Shown piece by piece: positions 47,782-59,935 of a DNA stretch of 64,000 nucleotides. Both the position numbers and the translations under genes were made by a program. Every line of letters starts with the position of its first letter. Within the stretch, counting starts at the first letter, position 1. The DNA is from the human T2T-CHM13v2.0 reference genome, Homo sapiens: NCBI RefSeq assembly GCF_009914755.1, contig NC_060926.1; one strand, 5' to 3'. The notes below the pieces were generated by a model. That model was not told the DNA's origin, did not search any database, and saw only the letters and a list, made by a program, of their open reading frames with translations.

Positions 47782-48910
47782 TTTTTATTTTGAAATAATT
47801 GAAGACCTTCTGGAAAGTTACAAAAGAGATGCAAACAATTTCTTTATTCCTCTTCTCTCAGATGCTCCAGTTCTTAAGATTTTACCATATTTGTAGGCTA
47901 GCTCTGTCTCTCTGGGTATAAATAACTTTTTATTATTCTTTTTGCCTAAATAGTTCAGTATATATTTCTTCAAAATGAGGACATTTTTAAACATAATAAT
48001 AGTATAAGTAGCAAAGTCAGGAAATGAGCATTGGTATAATACTGTTATTTAGTCCACAGCAAATTATCCCACTGATGTCCTTTATAGAAAAAAATGATAG
48101 GTCTCTGGGATTGAATCCAGGATCTGCATTGGATTTACTTGTCATGTCTCTTTGATCTTCTTCAACCTGGGACATTTCCTCAGTCCTTTGTTGTCTCTCT
48201 AGACCTTGACTTTTTTGAAGTGTGCAGGCCAGCTATTCTGTAGGATCCCTCTCAGTTTTGGCTTATCTGATGTTTCCTCATGGTTAGGTGCTGATCATGT
48301 GTTTTTGGTAGGAATATCACGAAAGGGGTGTTAGCCTTTCTCAGTGGCATGATACATTAAAAAAAAATTCAATTGTTTTCAGTTTATTTACAAAATTGTG
48401 CAACCATCACCACCACCTAATTTTAGAACATTTTCTTCATCCCAATAAGAAACCCCTTACCCCATACTCTAGCCACACATCCTGCCCCCAATTTTGCTTT
48501 TTTCTTATTTGCACCCCTCAAGCTCTAGACAATCACTAACCAACTTGCTGTTGTTACTATAGATTTGCCTATTCTGGTCATTTCATATGAATTAAATCAT
48601 ACAAATTGTGGTCCTTTGTCTGGCTTCTTTCACTTAGCATAATATTTTCAAGGTTCATCCACATTGTACCATGTATCAATACTTTCTGTTTTTTCTGAAA
48701 AATATTGCGTTGCATGGATATGTCGTGTTTTATTTATCCATCCATCCATTGATGGACATTTGGGTTATTTCCACTCTTTGGCTATTATGAATAATGTTGC
48801 TGTGAACATTTGTGTATGGGTTTTTGTGTGGACATATGTTTTCATTTCTCTTGGGTATATACATAGAAGTGGAATTTCTGAGTCATAAGGTAATTCTGTG
48901 TTTAACATGA
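47782..48910 (-). mobile_element. L1MC and L1MB 3' fragments, antisense
   Basis: TTTTATTTTGAAATAATT, GTGCAACCATCACCAC and CCATTGATGGACATTTGGGTTATTTCCAC. Confidence 0.78.
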
Positions 48911-48911
48911 T

Positions 48912-49308
48912 TGTGTTAGTAAGGATCCTGTAGAGAGACAGAATCAATAGGATATGTATATGTATAGAAAGGGATTTATTGTAAAGAATTGGCTTGCATG
49001 GCTATGGGAACTGGCAAGTCCAAACCTGCAGTGTGGGCCATGCAGGAGAGCCAATGGTGCAGATGAAGTCTGAAGGTAAACAGCTGGGGAATTCTCTCTT
49101 GCTTAGGGAGGCTTGTCTTATTGTTCTATCTAAGCCTTCAACTAATTGGATGAGGCCCGCCACATCATGGAAGTGCTTTACTCAAGTCCATGGATTTTAA
49201 ATACTATTTTAATCCAAAAACACACTCACAGAAACATCCAGAATGATGTTTCACCAACTATCTGGGCACCCTGTGGCCCAGTCAAGTAGACACATAAAAT
49301 TGAACATT
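48912..49308 (-). mobile_element. MLT2 (ERVL) LTR
   Basis: TGTGTTAGTAAGG...GACAGAATCAATAGGA...GATGAGGCCC...GGCCCAGTCAAGTAGACACATAAAATT. Confidence 0.85.
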
Positions 49309-49311
49309 GCT

Positions 49312-49390
49312 GCCACTGTACTCCAGCCTGAGTGACAGAGTGAGACTCCGTCTCAAAAAAAAAAACAACAAAACAAAACACAAAAAATAA
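49312..49390 (+). mobile_element. Alu 3'-terminal fragment with tail
   Basis: GCCACTGTACTCCAGCCTGAGTGACAGAGTGAGACTCCGTCTC followed by an A/(CAAAA) tail. Confidence 0.9.
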
Positions 49391-51534
49391 ACATTGCAAT
49401 GATGTATTATTCAGTGATAAAAGCAAGATGTAGAGAAAGATATAGAATATAAATCTACTTTTATCATACAATGACCCCAAAACCCTACTTATATTTATGT
49501 GTAGATAAATGAGCTCCAAGAAGGATGTGCAGGGATGCATATCAGCTTACTAGCTTTTGTTAGTAGAGAGGGGTGCAAATAAGAAAAAAGTAAGAGGACT
49601 ATTTATAAAAGACATTTATAGAATAAAAAGCATGGATGTATTCCATGTATGTAAAAGGTGATATCTGTGTATGTGAGTGTGCACGTTCATATACAGAAAC
49701 ATGAAGAGACTATCATTAATAAGTTAATGTCTATATGCAAATGTTGAATTTTTACTTTCTCCCTTTTGGTTTTATATAGTTTTAAATTTTTGTCAGTGTA
49801 TATTGTCTACATAATTATAATAATTAATGAAACTCTTTATTGTAAAAGTAAAGAGGCATTGAGGCCATGTCTCAGGCCCCTCACCTATTAGATGTTTTCA
49901 TCTCAGTGCCCCTATATTGACCCAATTGTCCAATGCCTTGTCTTCTTGTCTTGCCAGCACAGCTGAAGTTCCATGTGTATCCGATGCCTCAAATGCAATA
50001 AGTGACTTACAGCGCAGCTCCTTCTTGCTTGCTAGAAGTTAGGAATTCATGCCATTATTTCACATAAGAAGTAGCGGGGGAAGCTGTCTTTGACTAGGTG
50101 ATTTTGAAAGTCTGTTCCAACTCAAAGATATTAAGACTCAATTTAATTATAGAAATTGGAGGTACTTCTACTCTATGGTTAACCCCAGGTATAAAAGCCC
50201 GGATAAGTCCCCATAATAGCCAGCTAGGAGCTGCCTATAATACTCAGGACAGCTTGGCAGAAGAAAGAGGTAGGGATGGGGCCCAGGCATGGACACAGAA
50301 CGTGCTTCAGGAGGACAGTCAGGAGTCTTGCAGTCCCTGCTGCCCTGGAAGTGCAGTGCAAGGTTGCATCCCCCTCACTGTGCCTCCATGTAATCAGGTG
50401 TGCTGGGGAGCCTCAGTGGGCCACAGTCTTGGCTGTCCTGGATTCCGACACTAAACCCATATTAACAGCAGGCTGCTCTACATTTACCACGGCACAGCGC
50501 TTGGTCCACGTGCTTCTTCTTTGGCCATGACTAGTTTGGATTCAGATGTCAAGAGTTTGCAGGAAGCCAGGTGGCCCTGCTGGCCCTGATGGCAGGAAGT
50601 GTTTGTGGGTCATCTTCTTTCTTCCTCCCTTATTCTCCTTCCTTCCACTCTCTGGCTGCTATTCTTCTTCACTCCCTTTCCTTTCTCCAAGGTCATCATC
50701 AATGAATATGTAATTTTCATAATTTACATTTAATTGCAATCTGGTCCCTTACATTTTCTTTCTGTAACCAGAATGCCTTACAATGCTAGTAGATTAGTGC
50801 TTGCCTAACACTGGGGACGGGGGTATAATTTGGTGTTGGATGTTAAAGAATATGGCATTTCTTATAGGGGTGATGGAAATGTTCATTTTCCTCTTCTTCT
50901 GCAAGGCCTCCCTTCCTTCCAATTTGCTTTCTCTCTTTTTCAGCATGGTTGTACTCTCTGCAAAGGGCCTCACCCAGTTTGTCTCTCCAAGCACACAGCA
51001 ATATGTCATTGAAACAATGGCTAAACCAAATAGTATGATATTCTGGTTTATTTCATGCATAATGTTTGATTTCCTGAAGTGAATTATTATCTCATATTTT
51101 CATTTGCTTAGATTTTTATGGGCTTACCACTAGTATTTCTTTCTTTTGTTACAAAATACATTTTAGGGCTATCTGTATTCCAGATGGTAAAACATACAAA
51201 ATAACTTTCCGAATCTATCTATCTTTTCAGAGGCCCTCCCTCCTAGGATTCTGAGCTAGTTGCTTTCTAGGTCTCCTGCCTGGGCATCCGACCAAGGCAA
51301 GAGGGGCCCTTGCCCCAAGTCCTGTGCTTTTCACAGCCCTCCTCTGGGCATTTCTTTCCTCATAGGCTGAGAAATCTGTGAGGTGAAGTGGTCACGCCAA
51401 CCAGAGTCTGGGTTTCCCCTTCCAGACTGCAACCTGGGTGCCTTGGATCCTGAAATTCCTGGGTGCTATTGTCTGAGTCTGCTTCTGCCTGTGGGGTTTC
51501 TTCTCTGGGTTTGTTTCTCTGAATGTGGACCTTG

Positions 51535-51596
51535 CTCTCTCTCTCTCTGTGTGTGTGTATGTGTGTGCATGCTCATGCATGCATGCATGTACATGT
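51535..51596. repeat. (CT)n(GT)n plus (CATG)n simple repeat
   Basis: CTCTCTCTCTCTCTGTGTGTGTGTATGTGTGTGCATGCTCATGCATGCATGCATGTACATGT. Confidence 0.85.
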
Positions 51597-51760
51597 AAGA
51601 GACCTGCCACCCCAGCCTGAGGGATGGCCAGGGGCATCTATTTGGGCTAGGCTAGAGAGTAGATAGAGGTTTTTGACTAGTAAGCTAGGGTGTTTACCCC
51701 TGCATGTGAGTTCCCCTGTGGTGTTGGACAGAGCCCAGGGTGAAAGAAGAAGGGGATGGG

Positions 51761-51915
51761 GGTACTAGTCAGGGTTCTTCAGAGAAACAGAACCAATACT
51801 ACATCTGTCTCCATCTCTATCTCTAGCTCTAGCTCTATCTCTATCTCTATCTCTATCTCTATCTCTATCTCTATCTCTGTCTCTGCCTCTATGTCTGTCT
51901 CTGTCTCTGTCTCTA

Positions 51916-51971
<56 letters not shown>

Positions 51972-52419
51972 ATCTATCTTTCTATGTATAAAGAGATTGA
52001 TTATAAGGAGTTGACGCATGTGATTATGGAGGCTGAGAAATCCATGATCTGCCATCTGCAAGCTGGAGACCCAGGAAACCCAGGTGGTGTAGTGAGAAGG
52101 CCTGAGAGCCAGAGGGCTGATGGGGTAGATTCCAGAGCAAGTCTGAAGGCCTGAGAACCAGGAGCATGGAGGGTAGGAGAAGATCAGTGTCTCAGCTCAT
52201 CAGTCAGGCAGAGTTAATTCAACATTTCCTCCACCTTTTGGTTCAACTTGGGCCCTCAACAGACAGGATGATGGGTGCCATCTGCTTTACTCAGCCCACC
52301 AATTCAAATGTGAATCTCTTCCAGAAACACCCTCATAGACACATCCAGAAATAATGTTTAACCAGCTCTCTGGGCATCTCATAGCCCAATCAGGTTGACA
52401 GATAGAAGCAACCACCACA
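51761..52419 (-). mobile_element. MLT2B-like solo LTR with an expanded internal microsatellite
   Basis: GGTACTAGTCAGGGTTCTTCAGAGAAACAGAACC ... ACCACCACA. Perfect TSD ATGGG at 51756-51760 and 52420-52424. Confidence 0.9.
51812..51984. repeat. Compound microsatellite (TCTCTA)n-(TCTCTG)n-(TCTA)n
   Basis: Directly visible. A pure TATC run of about 14 units spans ~51916-51971. Confidence 0.97.
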
Positions 52420-52729
52420 ATGGGCTAGGGGCTGGCTCTCCCCAAGTCTCCACAATCTCACCTAGAACTCCAAGTGGGAGTCCAAGATGCCTCCTGCTTT
52501 CAGGTTGTTACCCTGGTGTATTTGCTCAAGTAGGAGTGTGCATATTCATTGAACTGTGTGTTACTTGATTTGTGTCTTATAAATACTTAGATATAAAGTA
52601 TGTAGGTCTTCATTTGTAATCTTGCCCTGGGCCCTGCAATGTTAAGGGTAGGCCCAGCTGTCATTGTGGGAGTTCTTTCTTTGCAACTTTCTTGAGATAA
52701 GCCCCCTATTTGCTGGATCACATGTTTAT

Positions 52730-53065
52730 CCACTAGCTTTTGCTGGGTAACAAACCACCTCAAAACTAAGTGTCTCAAACAACAAAGATTTTGATTTTTT
52801 CTTATGGTTTTATGGGTCAGCTGAGTGGTTCTTCTGGTCTGGGCTGGCTCAGCTGAGGCTCCCGTGTCTGGAGCTTCTGTTGAGCTGCAATGGCCATGGT
52901 GGCTGGGGACTTTCTCTACATGGCCTCTCAGCCTGCAGCAGGCCAGCTTGGGCTTGTTCACATGGTGATAGGAAAATTCCCAGCAGGAGAGCAGAGGCTG
53001 CGAAGGTCTCTTGAGACCTAGGTTTGGATTGCTTGTCACTTCTGCCACATTCTATTGGTCAAAAT
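52730..53065 (-). mobile_element. MLT1F/H-type LTR fragment
   Basis: GTAACAAACCACCTCAAAACT...CAGCTGAGTGGTTCTTCTG...GTCACTTCTGCCACATTCTATTGGTCAAA. Confidence 0.8.
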
Positions 53066-53313
53066 TAGATGGTGGTGATGGTTGCACAATTTTTTAAGTA
53101 TACTGAAAACCACTGACTTTTTCTTTAAAGGATATACTATGACACTGAGAAAAGCTCACATTCTTTTTGTGATATTCCTGCCAAAGATTCATGACTAGAT
53201 CTAATCATGAGGAAAAGTCAGACAAATCCAAATTGCAGCCCATTCTGTAGAATAGCTGGCCTGCATTCTTCAGAAACATCAAGGCCTAGAGAGACAGTAA
53301 GTCATGATGCAAG

Positions 53314-54346
53314 TCTTTAAGAAGTAAGAGAAGATATTGCACCTGTTCTACATGTATACATTATAAGAATAATGTACTGTGTGAAAACAATAATCAGACA
53401 ATAAGGAAGATTTCTCGAGAAATTACAAGAATTTAGCCAACGGCCAAGTTAGCAGACACAGTCCACAAAAGACTCCTCCCTCACTTCTGAGATCAATTGC
53501 AAGTTCATGAGGTTAAACTTGCAATTCCCCACCCAGATTCAAGGGTGGGGATAAAGATAGAAAGAGCTGTAAAGAATTTGTGGTCTTTTTTTTTTCAGCA
53601 TGTTAAAACATGTGTTTTTTCTTTGGTTTATTTCCTAGTTCTACAAAAGTACAAATTCCTGTACTTTCTTCAAAAGGGTACATGGGAAGCAAATGGTCTG
53701 AGTCTTTTCGTATTTAACATGGGGATGGGCCACACCAGAAAGACCAACAATGTAATTTAGGGTAGGCTTCAGGTCATGCCTGGAGGGGTTAGGGACTGGA
53801 GACCGAGATCAGCCACATGGACTGATTATGTCTACACAGCAGTGCCCCAGTAAAAACTCTGGACCCTGAGGCTCAAGTGAGCTTCCTTGGTTAGCTCCAT
53901 ACATATTGTGATCTATTGATGCTGGGAAAGTAATGCCTCCTGACTCCACGGTGCATTTACAAAAACCAGAAACTCAGTGTTTTGTACTTTTCCTGGACCC
54001 TGCCTTATGAGCTTTTCTCCTAGCTGATGTGAATCTACATCACATCAAAGGCTACAGCCTTTGCCTGTAATAAACTGTATCTGTGTATATGACAACTTTC
54101 AGTGAGTTCTGTGAATCCTTCTAACAAATTATCAAACCTGAGGGTGGTTGTGGGAACCTCATGATCTTGCAATTGATCTCAGAAGTGAGAGAGGGGTCTT
54201 TTGTGAACTGTGTCTGCTAACTTGGCCATTGGCTAAATTCTTGTAATTTCTGAATAAATCTTTCATATTCTCTGATTATTGCTTTCATTATTTTTATAAT
54301 GTATACATGTAAGACAGGGGCAGTACCTTCTTTTATTTCTTGAAGA
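53314..54346. repeat. Inverted repeat with ~200-bp arms (53314-53514, 54155-54346) and a ~640-bp spacer
   Basis: By manual alignment the inner 96 bp have 5 mismatches. The outer ~100 bp are about 83% identical with a 9-bp indel. Confidence 0.93.
53720..54228 (+). mobile_element. MER21C-like LTR (3' portion)
   Basis: GCCCCAGTAAAAACTCTGGAC...GTAATAAACTGTA...GTGAGTTCTGTGA...AAATTATCAAACCTGAGGGTGG...CAGAAGTGAG. Confidence 0.8.
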
Positions 54347-54680
54347 ACATTCTAAATGTTTTTATCATTCTTGTTCCCTATTTCTTCTCTCTTCAATTTT
54401 TTGTGTATTTGTCTCTTTTGGTTCCTCTCTTTAATTTTCTGTGTAATTGTTTGTCTCTTTTGGTTCCTGTCTTTCACATTGGGTACTTTCTTGAAATGCC
54501 TGATGATTCATCACCGTCCATTCATGTTTAAGAATGAGGCATGAGATGGCAAGTTAGAAGCTCAGGGCTTGTTGACTGGGCTTTTCCATTGAGAGATCTC
54601 TAAAACTGGACGCAATTTTTTCCCTGTGGATTGCAGACATGCCAAATTTTTCCCACATCCTGAATTCTTTTGGTAAAGGT

Positions 54681-54760
54681 GACATAGACCTAGCTAAGGG
54701 AATTCTGGAAACAGAACTTTGACATAGACCTAGCTAAGGGAATTCTGGAAACAGAACTTT
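54681..54760. repeat. Perfect 40-bp tandem duplication
   Basis: GACATAGACCTAGCTAAGGGAATTCTGGAAACAGAACTTT occurs twice with no mismatch. Confidence 0.98.
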
Positions 54761-55039
54761 GTCTCAATCAGATAAAAATTCATTTTGCTCCCTGTCTTTG
54801 GCCTTAGATTTTCACTGCTTTTAGTAACCAGAAGCCCAGCACCTCTATAGTTTGATTTGCTCAGAGATTTTACCTCTGACCATTGTGGCTTGGGTTGGGA
54901 TGGGGACAGGAGTTGCTGGGGTGCTGAAGTAGAGGAGGAGGCTGCCATTCTTTGTTGGTAGCACCTAACTCAGCTTTTACATATACTGCCATGTGCTGCT
55001 CCCTGTTGGTTTTTGCCCATGTCTTTTGTCTTCACTGAG

Positions 55040-55310
55040 AATCATTCAGTCATTAAACCAACAAATATGGTGTTCACTGGGATTGGGATGCTTCCAAGCA
55101 TCAAACATTAGGGCAAGTATTGGGAAAGACAAAAAAATAAGAGAAGACAGGGTCTCTGCTCTGCAAAGGGGTTACCATCTTAATAGAAAGAATAATTCAC
55201 ATATAAATAGCTACAATACCAGGTGTATGTCTATGGAGGTAGTAACAAGGGCTTCCTGCAGGGCTGAATCTTGAAGGACGAGCAGGGTTTCACTAGGCAG
55301 AGATGGGCAT
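55040..55310 (-). mobile_element. L2 LINE 3' fragment
   Basis: CATTCAGTCATTAACCAACAAATAT...GACAGGGTCTCTGCTCT...GCTGAATCTTGAAGGA. Confidence 0.7.
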
Positions 55311-56881
55311 GGGGCAGGGAAATGAGTGGAGAGAGGCCTATCAGTCATTTTTCCGTGTGTTTTCCCACCTGAATTATACGCCTCTATTTTTGTGGCCATG
55401 GTGTACAGATCAGGCCTTGGCATGTGGTGGATGGTTATATTAGAAGGAATGGAGCAGGCTCTAGGAAAGGCCTTCTGGAATGACTCCTAGAACAATGATG
55501 CAGAACTGGCCCACCAGGGGAGCTGCTGTCTCTACCACCAACAGTCATGAGAAAAATCAGGAGACCAATCCTAGAATGGCTGAGGTGATGGGCTCATCAC
55601 ATAGCTTGATCTGGACATTGGGAAGCTGCCACTGCCCCACTGCAGTGAGCCCTGAACACCCACAAAGCTGGCAAAGAGTGGCCCTCAGAATCCCAATAGC
55701 CATGCTTGCCAGTGGCAACGGCAGAAGCTATGGAAAATGGTGGCCCAAACCATGAGGAAATGCATCTGCTTGATGAGACCTCGTTTGCATCTAAAAGCCT
55801 AGCAGCCAGGGTTTTGGATCTGCCGTACAGGAAGGCTGAATTGGGCACCAAGTGCCATCCTACCATATCACCCACATATCTTAAAAATAGCACGATTGGT
55901 ACTGGGCCTCAGGGATTCCATTAACAGCTTTTCTTGCAAAACCCACTTCAGCATATTCATTATGATAACCTAGACAGTGATAGTTCATTGATCTGGGCTG
56001 ATCTTTAAGCAGAGTGCCAAGGCTTTCCATCCCGCCTCTTCAATTGCCTTTGGGATTACAGGGTTTGGAACAACTGATTATTGTCTTGTTTATAGAGGGT
56101 AAAAAGTCCTGTCTGGAAGTTTTGTTTTGCAGGGAGATGGTGCCTCTAGGATTTGTGGCCACTGCATTGGGTGCCAACTTTGGGCATGGGGGTTGGGCAG
56201 TACCTGCTGGTAACGCACCCGGTCCAGCCTTGGGGCATTTGTTCAGGAGAATGAACCAACCATTTGCCAGGGCTTCTTCCAGCAGGCCATCCTGTTCTTT
56301 CTACCTAGCACAGCGGCTCCTCCCCTTTGCCCTGACTCCTCACTCTTTCAAGCTCAACTTCCCAAGAAAGGCCAAGCATCCACTGGGAGTGTGAGCCTTG
56401 GCAAACCTAGCAGACTGGGGTTTGCTTGATCCAGTCACCGCTTGCTTCGTGGTGATTTTTCCTCCTTGCCTACCTTGAAGGGCTAGAGTATGATATTCTC
56501 AGGGGCCAAGGTGGGTTTCCATGGAGAGGACATTCTGTTCTGAGATGATCTCCAGTTGATGGATAACTGGGGCGTTCAGCCTGAGCCTTCCACCATCCAT
56601 CTAAGCTGAGCCAGAGGTAGGCGCAGAGCTCAAGAGAGGCAGGCAGATTAGCAGGATGGCTGTGGCTTCCCAGAGCCCCCACTGAGGTAATCTCCAAGGT
56701 GATCTCACCCATGCCCCTCACTTGACAGAGAGAGAAACTGAGGCATAGTAACTGTGACTTATGTCTAAAGTCCTCCAAGGCTTCTGACTTATCATATTCC
56801 CCTCCCTGTCATTGCAAGGACTGAAAGCATCCTGCTTCTGGCTGATGAAGTTGGAAGGGAGAGGGACTTTTAAAAAAGTCA

Positions 56882-57192
<311 letters not shown>

Positions 57193-57959
57193 GTCAGTTT
57201 GTAAAAGCAGACGCCGTGACATGACCACTGGCCTTGTATATCTGGAGGTTATGCATATCCACCTGGGTGCTCCCAAGGGTCCTGGCACCTTCATATCTGG
57301 GAGGGCAGGAATTGCTGGCTGTGCTGCGGTAGGTGGGGACCTGGAGAAGCTAAATGAGTGCCCCAGGACACATAGTAGCAGAAGTAGCAGGTCTGGGCAG
57401 TTCACAGTCCCTGAACTTCTGCCTCCTCTCCTGCCATGTGCCTATTGGCTCAGCCTCTGCACTTAGAGTCTTCTGAAAGACAGCCGGTGTTTTCTTTGGA
57501 AGTCTCGGGCTCTGGACCCTTCTCTCCATGTCCTGGTGGGACCTGTGAGCTTACCTCAGAATCTAAGGAATTTAGGGGCCTCTGGGCCAACAGTCATGCA
57601 GTGGCTTGGCCTAAAGCAACATTTCCCAGGGTCCCCTGCCACAACCTCTCCCTGGGAGCTGGGAATTGAGCGCAGCCAGCTGGACTCTGGTTAGTGGGTT
57701 TCATAACGTGTTTCTGTTTTGCATAGCGTAAACAGCATGCTGTTTCTCAACCAGGCAGAGAAGTTCTGGCATTGCTTCTCTGCAAGCAAATGACTCTTAG
57801 GCAACCCCTGTGTTGAAACACGGAGCAGCTTCTAGAACAAACCTGGGGTTCTGGCTTTTGTCCTGGACTCAGCCCTTCACACACAGACAGTGCTGCCCCT
57901 CCTGGTGTTGAAGGCTGAAAGGAGTCAGCGTGGAGAAAACACGGGCTGTGCCATTTGCT

Positions 57960-58100
57960 GGTGCTGGGCCTTGGTCAAATCCACTCACACCCTCTGGGCC
58001 TCAGTTTCCAAACCTTTAACACGGGACTCAAAGCATATGACATGATGAATGTTAGAAAATGGAATGAAATAATGTCGGAGAAGCACCTATCTCAGTGCCT
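57960..58100 (+). mobile_element. MIR fragment
   Basis: CCTTGG...CTCTGGGCCTCAGTTTCC...AATGAAATAATG...AAGCAC...CAGTGCCTG. Confidence 0.6.
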
Positions 58101-58847
58101 GCTTCCTTTCCAATTCCCCACCCTAGTGGGTCCCCAGGTTCCTACCCCATGGGACCCCCTGTGGGGTTGAGGACAGTAACTCATTGGCAGTTTAGCAATA
58201 GCCAAGCAGAATTAGCCAAGGTCTCTGCGGGGTTGGGGAGGGAGGAGACGGGAGTCAGGGACTGGGATGGGGGTGGGGATTGCATCACACAAACCAAAGT
58301 CCCTTGTGAGGCAGTTGAGATTAATCTACAGGAGGAGGAGAAGAATCATCCACACCACTCTTCGCCACCCGGCTGGGAGCAATTCCAGAAGGCAGGGTCT
58401 GCTTGGGCAGTTGAGAGGCCTTGGGGTGAGCTGCCAAAAGCTGGGTCTGGGAGTCAGAGGCAGCATTGCTTCTGGTTGTGTGGCTTGGCCAGAGCCCTCA
58501 TATCCACCAGGGATGTGGCAGAAAGCAGGGTCACCCCAGGAGTTTCTAAGGAGGGCCTCTTTCCCAAGGTGGGGGTGGGTTAGGGGATGACAGGGCTGCT
58601 GGGGCAGCCACAGACAGCAACTGCAGGAGCTCTTCCACCCCTGCGGAGGGCGAGGAGGGCACAGGGCGCTTCCCAGCCTTGCGAGAACAGAGCAATGAAG
58701 AGGGCTGCGGTGATAGCATTACGTGTGCAGAAACACTCTCCTTGCCTCCTCTCACCTCCCGGTCTTCTGCAGGGGCCTCCTGAAAGCTGAATGGAGGGGT
58801 GCAGAGTGAGGGGTCAGCCTGCTTGCCCGGAGCAGGGCAGTATGTGA

Positions 58848-58893
58848 GTGTGTGTGTATGTGTGCGCACATGGACGTGCATATGTGTATGCAT

Positions 58894-58928
<35 letters not shown>
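58848..58928. repeat. (TG)n / alternating purine-pyrimidine tract
   Basis: About 80 bp of near-continuous RY alternation ending in ~15 pure TG units. Confidence 0.95.
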
Positions 58929-58929
<1 letters not shown>

Positions 58930-59935
58930 TGGAAAGCACCAAGCTCATTGCCAAGCTGCACTGAGCCTCACCTATAAAAAATAAAAGACACCCCTTGCCC
59001 TGCATTCCTCACAGGGTGGTCCTGTCTGCACATGAGTGGAGCTTTGCAAACCTGCCAGTTAAGGCGTCTCTGCCAGGGATGGGGTGGGGAGCCTAGGGGT
59101 AGAAAACACAGCCCTAAGGGTGGAACATGACTGTATCTGTCCTTTCCTGCATTCACTTAGAAATTAGTGTGACATCTCGAGTCCAACTGCATAATATAAT
59201 CCCTATTTATTTTCTTTACAAATCATACTGTAATTGATCATTTGAGTACATTTCGCACCCTGGGAAGAGAGAGCATGTTCAGCTTGTGGCTTCCTGTCAC
59301 CCTCCTCCCTGTCCCTGCCTCACCCTTGACTGTCTCTAGATGTGGGAGGCCAACCCGGGAGAAACCACATTCCCAAAATCTGTTAGAGTGAACTGGGAGC
59401 TGGGAGTCCCCTTTGTGGGACTCTGAGCAGCTGGGGGCTGTGGGTCCTGCCCCCTATAACCCACTTAGAAGCTAAGAGATATCAATATGGCAAAAAGAAG
59501 ACTGGGTGAACCATACTGGGGAGGAAAAGTTTCAGAAGGGAGACAGCCGACAGCCTCAGAGGCCATGCTGCACTGACCCTACAAGGGCTTCTCATCCATC
59601 TCCCCAGTCCTGGCTCCCGGGGGCCTCTCCTCCCACTCTGGTTGGCCTTGGGTTACTTTACACGTTAGTTGGAGACCAGGAATTCAACACTTGTTCAGCC
59701 ACCTGCATGCTGCACTGGGCCACAGCGGTGAGCAGGACAACAAGACCTAGGGCAGGGTAGCTGCAAATCAAGCTTAGAGGGGTGCAAGGGCTTCCATAGG
59801 CCTACAGCTGTCAACTTTGAGAACTTTCCAGAGGCATGAAGCTGTGAGGGAGCACTGGCTAGACTCACAGCATGGGCTCAGAGTTTGAGTGTACCTCATG
59901 CCTCTGGGAGAAGAGAGACATGAAGTTGTTCGCCC

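Noticed and set aside
50794-51082. Overlapping ORFs of 60-93 aa as a possible small gene or processed pseudogene
   Set aside because: No protein family I recognise. 50788-50885 resembles an L1M 3'UTR fragment (AGTAGATTAGTG...GGGGTGATGGAAATGTTC), and I saw no poly(A) or TSD.
51756-52154. 132-aa Ser/Ile-rich ORF
   Set aside because: It is a translation of a microsatellite inside an MLT2 LTR.
57730-57745. 16-bp perfect palindrome AAACAGCATGCTGTTT
   Set aside because: About one such palindrome is expected by chance in 64 kb (64000/4^8).
58095-58893. ORFs of 107-162 aa in the GC-richer region
   Set aside because: They overlap on both strands with no recognisable homology, and their lengths are expected at this GC content.
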